DNA from: a virus
Direction: 5' to 3' (one strand)
DNA: 64,000 nt
Virus record (IMG/VR): IMGVR_UViG_3300044713_000194
Location: 43,637-107,636 of that record
This document shows, in pieces, positions 10,432 to 22,700 of the stretch. The position numbers and the translations under genes were made by a program. The notes under the pieces are model-generated. The model was given only the letters and a program-made list of their open reading frames with translations. It ran no database searches and was not told where the DNA came from. How positions within the stretch are numbered: the stretch's first letter is position 1; each line of letters opens with the position of its first letter.

Positions 10432-10588
10432 TAGGCGTGGTTTTGAGGCGGAGGCGGTTGTAAAAAGGAACGCTATCGTCGCATCCGCCCGAAAGCTATA
10501 CCACGACGGCTCCTTCCGGGGATAGAGTCCCGGAGACTTAACCGCTTTCACGCCGACGCGCCAGAATGTAGTGTAGGGGGATTGAGCG

Positions 10589-12370
10589 ATGGGCAAGGTA
10601 GCCATGAGGGCTCAAACGAGAGCGAGCACCAATCCGCAGAAGGCACCCGCGCCGCTGCCGCCTCACCCATTCTGGAAAAGCATGAAAGACGGGAAATGTG
10701 CACGCATCAAGCTGGTCACTGGCGAATTGGTTCGCTGTGGACTGCCCGAGAACGACCCAATCCATGTAGACGAGGAAGAGGGAGCATGAGGCGCGGCGTG
10801 CGATGGATCGATGGCCGCGAGTTCCTGCTATGTGGGCGCGAATCCAGCCGCGAGGATGCCGAGCGGGCCAAAAAGACGCTGCGCGATAGCTGGGAACGCG
10901 TGCGAATTGTCAAGCTGAACAACTGGGATTTCATGCTCTACGTGCATGGCGGCAGGCCGACGAGTAGACTCAGCTAAGGAGAATCGATGAACGTTTACGA
11001 GTTCCAACCCGGCGATCTCGTCAAATTTTGCGGTGATGAGGCGACGGTCCTCTCAAATTACGGCGACCGAGGCGTCGTTCGTCTGGGCAGTGGCCAGGGC
11101 ACCTGCCGGTGGCATTGGAGCATTTTCGGCGAGTCCGTTAAGCTTGTCCGGAAAGGCGACGCGAGTGTCCGCACAGGGGTGCCGCGCGACACCGAAGTTC
11201 GTGTCGTGGAGGAGTAATGAGCGAGAGAAGCGTTTGTTCGCAATGCGGCGTCACATCGGTGGCCTATACCGAAAAGCGGCTGGGACAGGGGGTCATCGTG
11301 CAACGGGACCACATGCCCGTCACTTTTGTGATTCGGCTCCGGCCCGGCACCACGACGACGTATGTAGTCACGCCTGAGGTTGAACACCTCGACGTTCATA
11401 TCCGCTCTCTGAACGATGGGAAACTCGACTACGCGATCGACGTCCCGCTCTGGCAGTATCGTGAGGCGCTCAGGGCGTTTGAGGCCGACGTACGGGTCGA
11501 GTCCCTATACACGGAGCATTCGGCTCCGGTCTGCGCGTCCCATCAGCACTTTCATGAGACCACCCAACCACAGGCCCGCTATGCCTAAATCCGCGCATGA
11601 AGAGGCGCTCGGACGCATCGTGTGGCTGGCCCGCGAGTGGAGCGCCAACCGGCTGGGCGGAGTGGCTATCCAGCGGAAACGCTGGGAGACACTGGCGGAG
11701 ATCGCGGGCGCTGCCTTGGCTCCTTCGGAGCCGACGCCGGAGATCAATGATCGGCCCGCGCCGAAGGGCCGGACGTGCTTAAGCCATGATTGAACCGCCC
11801 AAAACAACCCCGGAATACATGCACCCCGCCTGGGCTGCGGCTCTACAGGCCGCGCTTCTGAACGACGACATTCGAGGGGCGTTTGAACGTGAGACCGGGA
11901 TGCGGTGGGCTCCCCCTCGCCATCCTATCGAGACCATGATCGACGAATCCACCGGCTTTACCAGTGACTTCATCCATAAATTCGCGGACTGGTTCAACCG
12001 GAACGTCTGGGGAGATGTGACTGCGCCCGACGAAACTGAACGGCACCAGTCTGAATAAAAAGCGGCCCCGATTGCGTAGTTCGGGGGGATTGAGCGGATA
12101 GGTCACAGTTCGACGATGACACGGCCCGGGAAGTCCCATAACGGAGGAGAAATGAAGCAGGGAGATATGGCGCGGGCAATCACTCAAATTGAGTTCACGA
12201 CCGAATACAACTCGAAAACAGATTCCGTTGTCGGTCATCTAAAGGCTACGCGGGTCGATGGGACCTCAACCACGCACACAATCGACTTTAGTCGGGACCT
12301 GATCTCGGTTGTTCCCGGGGCGGAGCGGGTTGTCCAGTCATTGAGTTTCATGCTCCGTGAAGGGCGGTAA
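10589..12370 (+). other. Run of small, mostly translationally coupled hypothetical genes (10589-10789, 10786-10977, 10987-11217, 11217-11588, ~11581-11793, 11786-12058, ~12152-12370)
   Basis: Overlapping stop/start codons and RBSs; no recognisable domains. Confidence 0.55.
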
Positions 12371-12382
12371 GCATCTCTTGTC

Positions 12383-13663
12383 TCATGATTGAATGCGACC
12401 AAACGTAATCGACCGACCGACCTGCGGATCGGGGTTCTCCCAGTGCTTCCCTGGCACCGTGGTCGCCTCGTAGATCGGCTCCGCGCCGCCCTTGCCATCG
12501 AGAGGGTCGCCCGTGACAGCCGGGTTGTAGATAACGGGCTCCTCCGGCGACGCGATCGGGATCAGGTAGCGGGTGTCGCCTGGCGGCAGCAACTCCACAT
12601 CGAAATCCTGCTGGAGCAGAACCCCGCGAGGCATCTTGTAGGTGACGTTTGAAATCACCAGACGCTCACCGTTGCGGCGGATGATCATGTCGCCGTCCTG
12701 GACGATCGGCGTCGGTCCCAGGAACGACTTCGATGGCCGTTCCACCTTGATACCACCCTCATCGAGCGTGCGTACTGCCGGTGAATCGGGATCGATGAAC
12801 TGCATGTCGTAGGGGCCATAGTAACCCCCCACGTAGCCAACCTCGAAGCATATCGGGCACCGGGTACGGGGTGTACCGGTCTCGGTCGTGGTGCAGCCAC
12901 ACAGTTCCCCTGCCCGCTTGCGGTACATGAGGTAAGTTGGCTCCGCGACCTGCTCAAAAATCCACTGGTTACGGCGCACCATTTCGTGCTGCATGTAGTC
13001 CATCCGATCCACTTCAATCGAATTGACGACCTCGGTCCCCGGAGCGCCGGGAGCATGGAACTCACCGTGATCCCCGACTGGCACGACAGTGTAGTAGGTC
13101 CGGATCAGGTTGGCCGCGATGTCCACATAGTTCTCCACCGTGTGGAAAATAGCGGTAAATGATTCAACCTGCTCATAGTTAATGATCGGCCAGGCGGCTA
13201 CGGAACCGGCCTCTGGAGCGGCGGCACCCTGAACAGCCTCGCCGATTGGAAGGGTCACGGTCTGATCTATCGCGCTCACCATCCCGGAGCGCACAACTTG
13301 CTTGGTGCCATTCTGATAGGAGACCTCGATCAGGACATCCTCCGGCGCGGACAGATACTTCACCTTGCCGTTCTCGACCTTCGACGCAGGCATCTCCGGG
13401 ATCTTGAAAATGCGCGGGCCGGTAACGCCATTTTGATCGATCCAATCGGTGGTCTGGATGGGGTATTTGACCAAGCGCAGGCGCGTGGAGTCGCGAAAGA
13501 AGTGGCCCGGGACGGGGCCGTCTTTGTTCAGCTTGACCCAGTTGAAGGGGGCGTCGAAGGCGCGATAGACGTTGTAGCCTTTTGTCGCCTTAGGGACGAG
13601 CGGAAACCAGAGGTCCCGACTGCCTGAGTAGGCGCTATTGAGAATGAGTAGACCCCGGACCAA
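12383..13663 (-). CDS. Putative virion head-completion/neck protein
   Basis: AGGAGG RBS; FN3-like N-terminus (GYNVYRA) and a CxC...CPICFEVGYVGGY motif. Confidence 0.55.
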   Translation of the reverse strand: MVRGLLILNSAYSGSRDLWFPLVPKATKGYNVYRAFDAPFNWVKLNKDGPVPGHFFRDSTRLRLVKYPIQTTDWIDQNGVTGPRIFKIPEMPASKVENGKVKYLSAPEDVLIEVSYQNGTKQVVRSGMVSAIDQTVTLPIGEAVQGAAAPEAGSVAAWPIINYEQVESFTAIFHTVENYVDIAANLIRTYYTVVPVGDHGEFHAPGAPGTEVVNSIEVDRMDYMQHEMVRRNQWIFEQVAEPTYLMYRKRAGELCGCTTTETGTPRTRCPICFEVGYVGGYYGPYDMQFIDPDSPAVRTLDEGGIKVERPSKSFLGPTPIVQDGDMIIRRNGERLVISNVTYKMPRGVLLQQDFDVELLPPGDTRYLIPIASPEEPVIYNPAVTGDPLDGKGGAEPIYEATTVPGKHWENPDPQVGRSITFGRIQS

Positions 13664-13717
13664 AGCGAACGCCTCCTATTAAGGAGGCGAGTAGCCGAGA
13701 CCTGTGTATCTGGTTGC

Positions 13718-16700
13718 TTATTTTGCAGCAAGACCGGCGCTGAAGCCGGACATCCAGTTGACGATGCCCAGCATGTCACTCTGGCGAAAGCGCTTGTCTA
13801 CCATAAGGTAGGTACCGTCTGCCAAGGTCTCAACCGAGAACGTGTAGTAACGCTTCCAGGGAGAAGCATTGAGCGCAGCGGCGATCTTCTCACCGAACTC
13901 GGGATTGACCTTATCGATCGCGCGGAGTTGCGCGGAAATCTCTTTCGATGCTGCCATCTTGGCTCCTTCTTCACCATATTCTGGCGACTTGTCCGCGATC
14001 CGGCGAACATCGTCTTCCGGAAGATGGCTCGCCGTCCTCACCCAGAATTTCCCTTTAAGCGGCCCGGCGTTCAGGTCCTGTTGCTTGAACCCGAAGCTCT
14101 TCGCCAGATTGTCGTAGTACATCTTCACTTTACCGGGCTCGACGGCCTGGTCCCGCGCAGCGATTGAATCGACCGTATGCAAGGCTACGTGCTTGATGCC
14201 ATGACGCCGCGCGATCTCCAGCAACGTCGAGAGCGCGTGCGAAGCCCAGTCCTTGAAAAGATGGGTAAGCTTGTCCTTGATCTCGTCCAGCTTCTCGGCG
14301 GTATAGCCCTGGGCGATGAACGAACGCCGGACCTGGGTGAACCGGGCGGCATCGATTCCCTTCTCGCGTATCGCCTCCCGAATTTTTTCACTCTGAACCT
14401 TCTCCATGAACTCGGCGAAGGTGCGCGATTCCACGATCGCCTTTGCCTGGGTAACAGAATTCACCAGATCGGTCTGAACCTCGTCCACAAGCAGGTAGTG
14501 CTCGTTGACGAAGTCCACGCGGAGCCAGCCTACGGTCTTGTCACCGGACGGGTGGCCCGACATCGTGCTCGACTGGCGCACCATGTCCACATACTGCTCA
14601 AGGACTGGGTCCTCAGCAAGAATGCTCTCCGCGTTTGCGCCCTGGTTGATCTGCAAGACAAGCTGCTCAACATCGCGGAAGGAATTTTCGCCTGCATGGT
14701 ATCGATCGAAAGAAACCTCGTAGTCCGGCGCGGCGGTCTCGTGATAGGACTCCAGCCATTGGGCCAGGTCCTCGCGCGTGACGACGGGACGGTTGTGCCG
14801 GATCTCATTCAGGAGCGGCGTGTACTTCTGTGCGATCTGTTGGAACTGCTTCTGGAACCGAGCCCACGGCAGTGAATCCACATTGTTGTCACCATACCAC
14901 TGGTAGACGCGACGGATGGCGTCGTATTCCTGGGTAAGCGGGCGGTCCGGAATATGAAGCTGGTTGGGGATTGAGGCGGTCTTATCCGCGTCCGGATGCA
15001 GATTCTCCACCACGCCGTCCGGGGACTCTTGTTTTTTCTTCCGGTAGGTCACAAGCTGAGGATAGTCGTTCTCCCATCCGGCGTACGGCTCAATACCTTT
15101 GTCGATTGCCTTGAACATCGCGGAGGCGTGGTCCCAGGTGGGGTGTTTTTTGATCAATTCCAAAGCGTGCTGGACCATCTTTGCCGCCGTTTGCTCGCCG
15201 GTAATGGAGTCGTGTTCCTCCTGAGTGATCGTCTCAAAATTCTGTTTTGGGTCCTGGCGGCCCAGGGATACCCGGCAAGCGTGGGCACCCTCCTCCAGGA
15301 TCGTCGTCATCTGATCCTGGCTCTGAGGATTCATGAAGATCGTCATCTTCCCCTGGTAGCTTCCGAGGGCTCCATGAAAAATGTAATCCTTGTTATCAAC
15401 AACACGACCGTTCTCCACTGCTTTGTTCAGCGCCATAATGGGAACGTTCAGTGCTTTCCGGTAGAGGTCGCGAAGCGCCTTGCCTTGTAAGAAATCGCCT
15501 AGTGTACCGATGATCTGTCCATTGCGAGCACCGCGAAGCTTTCCATAAAGGTCCATGCTCACGCTGCATGGTTGATTTTCAGAGAGGTATTGCGTCTTTG
15601 GGACCTCGTGGGGCTCCTTCTTGGCCGCCACTTTACTCGACGGCGCATACCTCCCTATAATGTCCTCGCCTTCCTCCCACAGCTTCTCGACCTTCGCGGT
15701 CTGCTCCTCGTTCTGTGGATAGGCGGAGCCGCTAAGGCCGATGGTCGGCGACTTCAAATAGAAACGGTCGTTCGTCTTGAAGAGCTTGTAGCGGTAGCTG
15801 CCTGGGTTTTTGTGCTCGACTATTTCGGTAATGCGCTTCTCCATCTTCGGACTCAACCGGCTCGCGTGCGCCCACATGAGCTTTCCGTTCACGTACCGGT
15901 GCATCAGGACAAAGAAAGGTTTGATCACCGACTCATCGACCACATAGCTCTCGTCCGAATGCGGCGTAACGAATCCCTCGCCATATTTGGCGTTGAAGCG
16001 GGCCGCGATTGCGAGCCATGATGGGCCGTGTCCCTTGGTGAAGTCGTACTGCTGGCGAATCTTAAACAGCTTATAGCCTTTCTCCTCCAATTCCTTCCAC
16101 TTATTGACGAGGTTGTCCTCGTGGTGAGCCAACTCGTGGGCGAGGACGCGGCGCACAGTATTTTCATCGCTCATGATCGATTTTTGAAGCTCGATCGTTG
16201 TATTGAGAGCCCCGTGAGGGTCCCCGTTTTGCTGTTGCCCGAACTTCCAAACATCACACCCGAGCCAACCTGCACTGGGCCGGTTGACGATTTTGACTTC
16301 CGGCGTTTCAAGCCCCGGCTGGAGTACTGCCATCAACTCGGTTAGAATAGGACGCCAGTTTACCTGCTCGGCTGCGATGTGCGCCCGCTTGGAGTATGGC
16401 TCCAGGTTCTCATCATTGAGGAGAATATAATCATCGAGTTCTGAAGCTTCGGGCGGAATTTCCCCATCAAAGTAAGCGTTCAAAACCTTTTTCAAATCGG
16501 CCCACGTCACGACGTATGCCTCGATTTCAGCCTTCTTAGCGTTCAGTGCCGCCTGAAGCCGATGGTTCCCGTCCAGGACAAGGTAATGACCATTCCGACG
16601 TTTGGCAACGAGGATCGGAGACAACTCCCGACCTTCTTCCAGGCTCTTCGATAGAGATGTGACCTTCCCCTTATCCGTCGAATTGAAGAAATCGAACTTC

Positions 16701-19700
16701 TGCGGATCGGTGAGTGGTAGAGTCTCCGTCGTTGCGATGGCGAAAATCTCACCCAACCTACGTCCGGCCTTTTTCGACGCGGCGAGCTTCGGCTCACTGG
16801 CCGGACTTTCGATCGAAGGAACGTCGAGCACGTGTACCTGTTTTGGATCGAAAATCACGATGTTGCGAGGTGTTATTGAACCCTCCGCCTTGATTCCACC
16901 AAAACCAGTTTCCTGGATTATACGGTCGAGGAACGCCCAATTAGGTTCGCCGCGCGGATCACTCCAAATCTCCGCCCTATGCGTGTCGTAAAACTCAGCC
17001 CCCTTCTTGCGTCCATAGAGCTTCTCCAGAATCGCCAGAGGTGTGTTGGGCGATTCGGCGTTGATCGTCAGTAACCGCACATCTCCGATCGAGAGCGAAA
17101 GAATCTGATGATTCTCATGCTTCTTGAAATGCGGGTGCATCGGCTGCTCGCTGACGTAGACGCCGGGGCCGAGTTCGCCCCCCACACTCGGGCGAAACCC
17201 CTCCCTGCGAATCACATCTGCAACGCCGGTCGAGTGGTAGTAGATTTTATTTTTGGAAGCGGTGATGCTTGCCTTCTCGGGATTGAAGTCGCCGTTGTTA
17301 CCTATTGCGCTCTTGATCTGGTTGGCGCTAAAGACCGCATAGATGTTGCCCGACGCAGGTGTGCCGTCATAGCCGTTCTCGAAGATGACACCATCGTTAC
17401 CCTGTTTCTTGGCGCTCTCAATCTCACGACCCTTGACATAGCGGATGTCGTATACAGTCTTATTTCTAAGATTGAAATACTCGCCGCGAAACTCATCGGG
17501 CATTTTTGCCAGATCAACAATTCGTGGGTCCTTCAGTGCCAAATACACCGGCATTAAACGTGCCCCATCGCGCCAGCCACCAAAGTAGGTTGCAACTTCA
17601 GGATTCGAAGCAAACCAGGACACCCCAGCGATATTGTCCACGGGACTATCACTCGCCCGCTCACCCTTGTCCGGGTCAAAGGTGTCAAAGTAGGCATTAG
17701 TACCGTGATAAACGCGCAACGGACGTCTATGGTCATCGACTACCTTCGACCCGGCAAACCACGCCTTAAATGCCTGGGTCTCGGTGATGTCACCCGGCTG
17801 ACCCATCCAGTCCTGGTCTTGTGTCGGCCCATCGGCAGTCTTCGCTATAGTGCCGTTCAGCGTAATAACCTTCCTCTCCTTGCTCGGCGTAATGACGGTG
17901 ACTTCACGAATTGTGAAGCTCTTCCCTTTCGTAGTGTCCAGCCCCACATATTTAGCTTCCGCGCCCGGCTTGACGTATGCGATCGTGCAATGGGGCTTGT
18001 AATCGAAGTTGGGCTCGGTGAACCAGTGACCGTTCGTCCTATCACCTTGGCGGCCCAGATAATCGTTGACCTCAAACAGTTCGGGGCATTCGACCGGTGC
18101 AATTATGACCGCAGCATTGTCGCTCGACTCGGAAGGCGGGAACGACGCAGTACTTCCGAGTTTGGCCTGCATAGGGGGTACGGTGCCGAGATATGCCTCG
18201 ATAGCCGAAGTGTCCTCGAACTTGACGCCGTAACGTACGGTAACGTGGTTTTTACCGACGCGGGCTCCCATGCCAGCAAGATCCGTCACGTCGATTTGAT
18301 CGCGCACTTCCTCGATAGCCTCGTTGGCGGCGCTATCTTCGGGAAGGTCTGCCTGGACAGTGCCATAGCTGACCTTGGCGGGTGCGTTGGCTCGTTTCTG
18401 CGTTGCATCTAGGGGGATCACATACCGGTTCAGCCTCTCGTCGAAGCTCACGGGGTATCGCTGCTTAAGATGATCCCACGCTCTTTCGTCGGTCGGCTGG
18501 CGTTGATCGTCAGAAAGGAAGAACTTCGCGCCGCGCTTCTTCGCTTCCGCAATGGCCTTATCGTAAAGAATCTGGCCAAGGCCCGTACCGCGCCATTTGG
18601 AGTCCACTCCGATATAGCGCAAGCGAAAGGCCTTTTGCCCGTCATATCTCGTGCGATATACTGAACATCCCCCGACATGCCGTATCTCGGCAGGCTCATT
18701 CCGGAGTTCTGCGACCAGGTCGAACATGGGACCGTCGTTAGTGATCCGTAATTCCAACTCAGAGATTGGAGTCGGCGGTTGCTTAAGTTCGGCCTGCTTC
18801 GACGCGTAATGCTGGGGCCGCCGCGCCTCAACAGCCTTACAGTTGCTGAGAACGAACCACTCCGCCTGCATCCCGCTGTAGTGACTCTCACCCTGTCGAA
18901 CGCGCATACGCCAGGTCACGAGGGACTCAAGCGCCACACCTTGCACCTTACCGACCGTCTTCCAGACGATTCCGTTCGGGCCATCCGCGAAACCCGCAGC
19001 AGTCTTGTAATTCGCGGACCACGATAGAAGCGGGAAGTGGCTCCCTGTCCAAACCGCCTTTCCGTCGTGATAGTAAGAGTCGGCCCCGGAGTAATATGGT
19101 TCTCCGCGATATAGACACTTGTCCTCGGGATCGGCGGCCCACGGATTTGGAGTGAGAGTTGGTACTGTTTTGATCAACGCCACCAGCTTGTCTGTGAGCG
19201 GCGATTCGCTGAGAATGTCCGGGTGTTGAACGTAGGATGTGATAAGATTCCAGAGATCGTCGTCATTCGCAATCTCATAGCAGACCTTGTCATACTTCGT
19301 TTTAGGAGTTCCATCGTCGTCAAATGCAGCGGCCTTTGGCCCCTTACGCCGATTCAAGTTCCAACGATTCGGCTTATCGGAAAAATGGCTTGGAGCCAGT
19401 TCTTCACCGAGTTCAAAATCCTCGCGCGAAATGGGCGCAGTTTCATCCTCTTTAAGAGCCCGCACCACGTTAGTCAGGAACTTGCGAAAAATCGGCGCTC
19501 CGACCGTGGGGTTGAAGAGATAGATGCGATAGTAGCTCTGAAATGCGTTGCTCTTCCGCGAGAGAATATCCCAGCCGCCTTTGCGCCGAATCCAGATGTA
19601 GACTTCGCGGTCCTCCATCCCCGACTCGCGAAAATCGTGTACGGCCTGGCGAGCAAACGCGGCGATCTCCACCTCATTACCGAGATACTTCGTTACATCC

Positions 19701-22700
19701 CCGTATGGGGACGCTTGCTCGCTTTGGGGAGTGTGGTAGCCTTTATCGAATTTCTCTAAAGTCTTTTCGTAAGCTTGACCACTGGGGTCTTTTTTGCCCT
19801 TGTCTGTACGCCAGCGATCGAACTGGAGCGCGTGTGTGCGCTCATGCACCAGCACACCGGTCGCCTGTTTGACAAAATCGTCCCACCAGCTTGTTCCGTT
19901 CGCTGCGGCATCCCCCAGGTACGATCCCAGACCCGGGCTCAACTTCAAAAGGATCGGGTCAGTACCCGTCCCCATTGCGTTGTATGCGCCGCCCACTCGG
20001 AACTTCAGTGTCCCCGATGCGACAACGGTCGCCGGTGTTCCTTGATAGCGCACCTCAACCGCGTAATCAAGCGCGGCGCTGATTAGCCGAGCAAACTGAT
20101 CATCGCTAACCGCTCCGTGCTTAGCCTCGTCGGCAATCCAATCTCGCGCCCGCTCCAACCCCTTCTTTGCCCACTCTGCATCCGAATCGATCTTTGGGAG
20201 GGAGGCATAAACGCTGTGACGGTTCTCATCAAATTTGCCGGAATTATTCACCGACTTAATCTGATTGGGCTCAAAGACGGCGAACACCGAAGGGTCGCTA
20301 AGATCGATACCGCTCGATGAGATGAACTTTTCACCGGCGACCCACAAGCCGTCGAATCCTTTCGACTTTAAATTCTCGCGCCAGCGCTCAAACCAGGCAG
20401 TGTCCTTCGCGTGCAGATCGCGAATCTCATTCCAGCGGCTGCTCGTGATCTTGTATGGCCGCCGCATCCGGAGGTAAACCTCCATCTGATTCTTGCCGAA
20501 CAATTCGGAGAGATTCGGGTCAGTGGTGAACCAGAAGCCAAACTTGGATGGGCCTGACTGCGATTTCGCGCGATCGAAGGTGTCAAATTCCGCATCGGTT
20601 CCGTGGATCACCGGCAGCGGGTTGCCTTCGCTGTCCACAATCTGTGAGCCGTTGAACCAGGTGATGAATGCTGAAGTATCTGTTACGGGTCCAGCAGACT
20701 GCGGCTTAGCCACCTCCCGCTCAGGGGGAGCCGCAGGTGCGGTGGCTGCGGTCTTAACTGCCTTGCCATTCTCAAACCACTTGATACTTTTGATGGCGCT
20801 ACGGGGAATATCCGCCTCGATGCGCCGATAGCAATCTCCTTGTTTCTTATGCTCAGGATCGGGCTGGCTTTCCCCGGCCCATTCGAACGTAACAACCGCG
20901 CTCTCTCCGGGCTTGTCGAGTTCGTGCCATGAGATCGACTTACCATACTCGTAAGCGAAACCCGGCAACGTCGTGCACCACACATACTTCTTGGGGTACC
21001 TTGGATTCTTACCGTGCCCGGCTTTGATGCCTTCCTGCGCGATCTTTTCAGCAGCGGCCCAAGTGGTGCCGTGATAGTAAAGGCGTGTTGTAGACTCCGC
21101 TGGTGCCTCCACTGCGGCGGTCACCTTGTTGCTCTCCGGATCGAAGGTCCCCACATTGCCTTCAGCGTCTACGATCTGGGAGCCGGAGAACCAGGCCTTG
21201 AAGGCCGGGCTCCCGGTGACCGGTGCGCCTGGTGTTTTGACGGCGGCAATCTTGGTTTCCGCAAGCAAACGACCGTAATCCACATCCATGATCTTTTTTG
21301 CTTTTGCGACTGGAACCTCTTCGCCGCCGATCAGGTAGCGCGTATTGCCGGGGCCGAAAACCTTCTCGCGAATTTGAAGCGGGCCACTTCCTTCTAGGGC
21401 TCCCCGTAACAGGTGTACCCCACGGGCCTTCAACTCCTTCTTCGCCATTTGGTACAGCTTCAGAGCAATGCCTTGGCGTTGGTAGTTTCCCTTGACATCG
21501 ACAGCCATCACCGTCGCCGAGCCTGGGTTGCGGTAGTCGATCTGGAGGAGACCTACGCGAGGGATGCCGTCCTCATCGTCGGAATCCATATCAAACGCGG
21601 CCAGGTCGAAACCATTCGGACGGCGGGTGATACCATATTGAAGCGATTCTTTAGATTCTGTGGTTGAGGCCTCTTTCGGAATTCCCGCGTCAACGTCGCG
21701 CGTTACAACCGAGATATTCGACGGCGGAATGGTTGTCCCGACCACCAGTTCGTAGTCGGCGGTAGTCTTTAGCAACTGCGCGTCGGATGGGACACTGACC
21801 TTAAGCAGCGCCAACCTGGTTTCCTCTCCGAACTGCTCACCCAACCAGTTGTCAAGGGCAGTCTCCACTGCCTCCACATCACGGAATAGATAAATAGCGC
21901 CCAATGGCTCGCCCAGTGCACGGGACCGTGGCCCCTGCTTTGGTACCAGCCCCTCGGTCATAATCCGCTTAAGGTTCCGCGCCGGTGTAATGTGGTACCC
22001 AATACGCGAGGCCTGACCAGGGGTAATCACGGAGGCCGTCTTCGACTCACCCACGGGGAAGCGTCCGGATTTCTTGATCTCCTTCATCATCGAGCGGATT
22101 TCACGCATCGTTCCGTACAAAGGGAACCGCTCATGATTGCCAATGAAGTCGCGGCGGAATTCTTCCGGCAGCCAGGGACCCTTGAGATCGTATTGCCCAG
22201 GGGCCATGCCGAAGTCGTGGGCCATCTCGTCGAGCGTCCGCTTGCCCTTCACATCGAAGTCACCCTGGCCGGGGACGCGGCAAAAGGCATGTGTTATTTC
22301 GTACGGTATCCCGTCATCCCACGCCTTTCCATCGGGATTCGATAGGGCGTACACCTTCGCGCCGGGGTTCAGCAGACCAAGGGCGACGGCAAAAACGCCG
22401 CATTCTTTGCTCTCGCGAATATCGTGATCGAGGGCGGAGGCCGACTTCTTTGTCTCCTCGGCAGGAACGACCGCCAAAATTTCAAGCTTCGACGGATCGA
22501 AGACACCCAGATTCACGTGTCCTTCCCCCGTTTCAAGGAAGGAGTCGTAACCGTTCGCCTTCATCCAACGCACGAATTCGGGGCTCTGCGTCGCATCCCA
22601 ATTCCGCTGCGCGAGCGCCTTCATGTATCCTTCAGGATCTTCACTGCCGTCCGGCCAAATCTCATCGGCACAGATGGCGTCGTAGACTTTCTTCCCGAGG

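Noticed and set aside
7049-10567. CRISPR array or attC-like cassette repeats among the small genes
   Set aside because: The repeats are short, bipartite and degenerate with gene-sized spacing. They fit promoters, and no cas or integrase gene is present.
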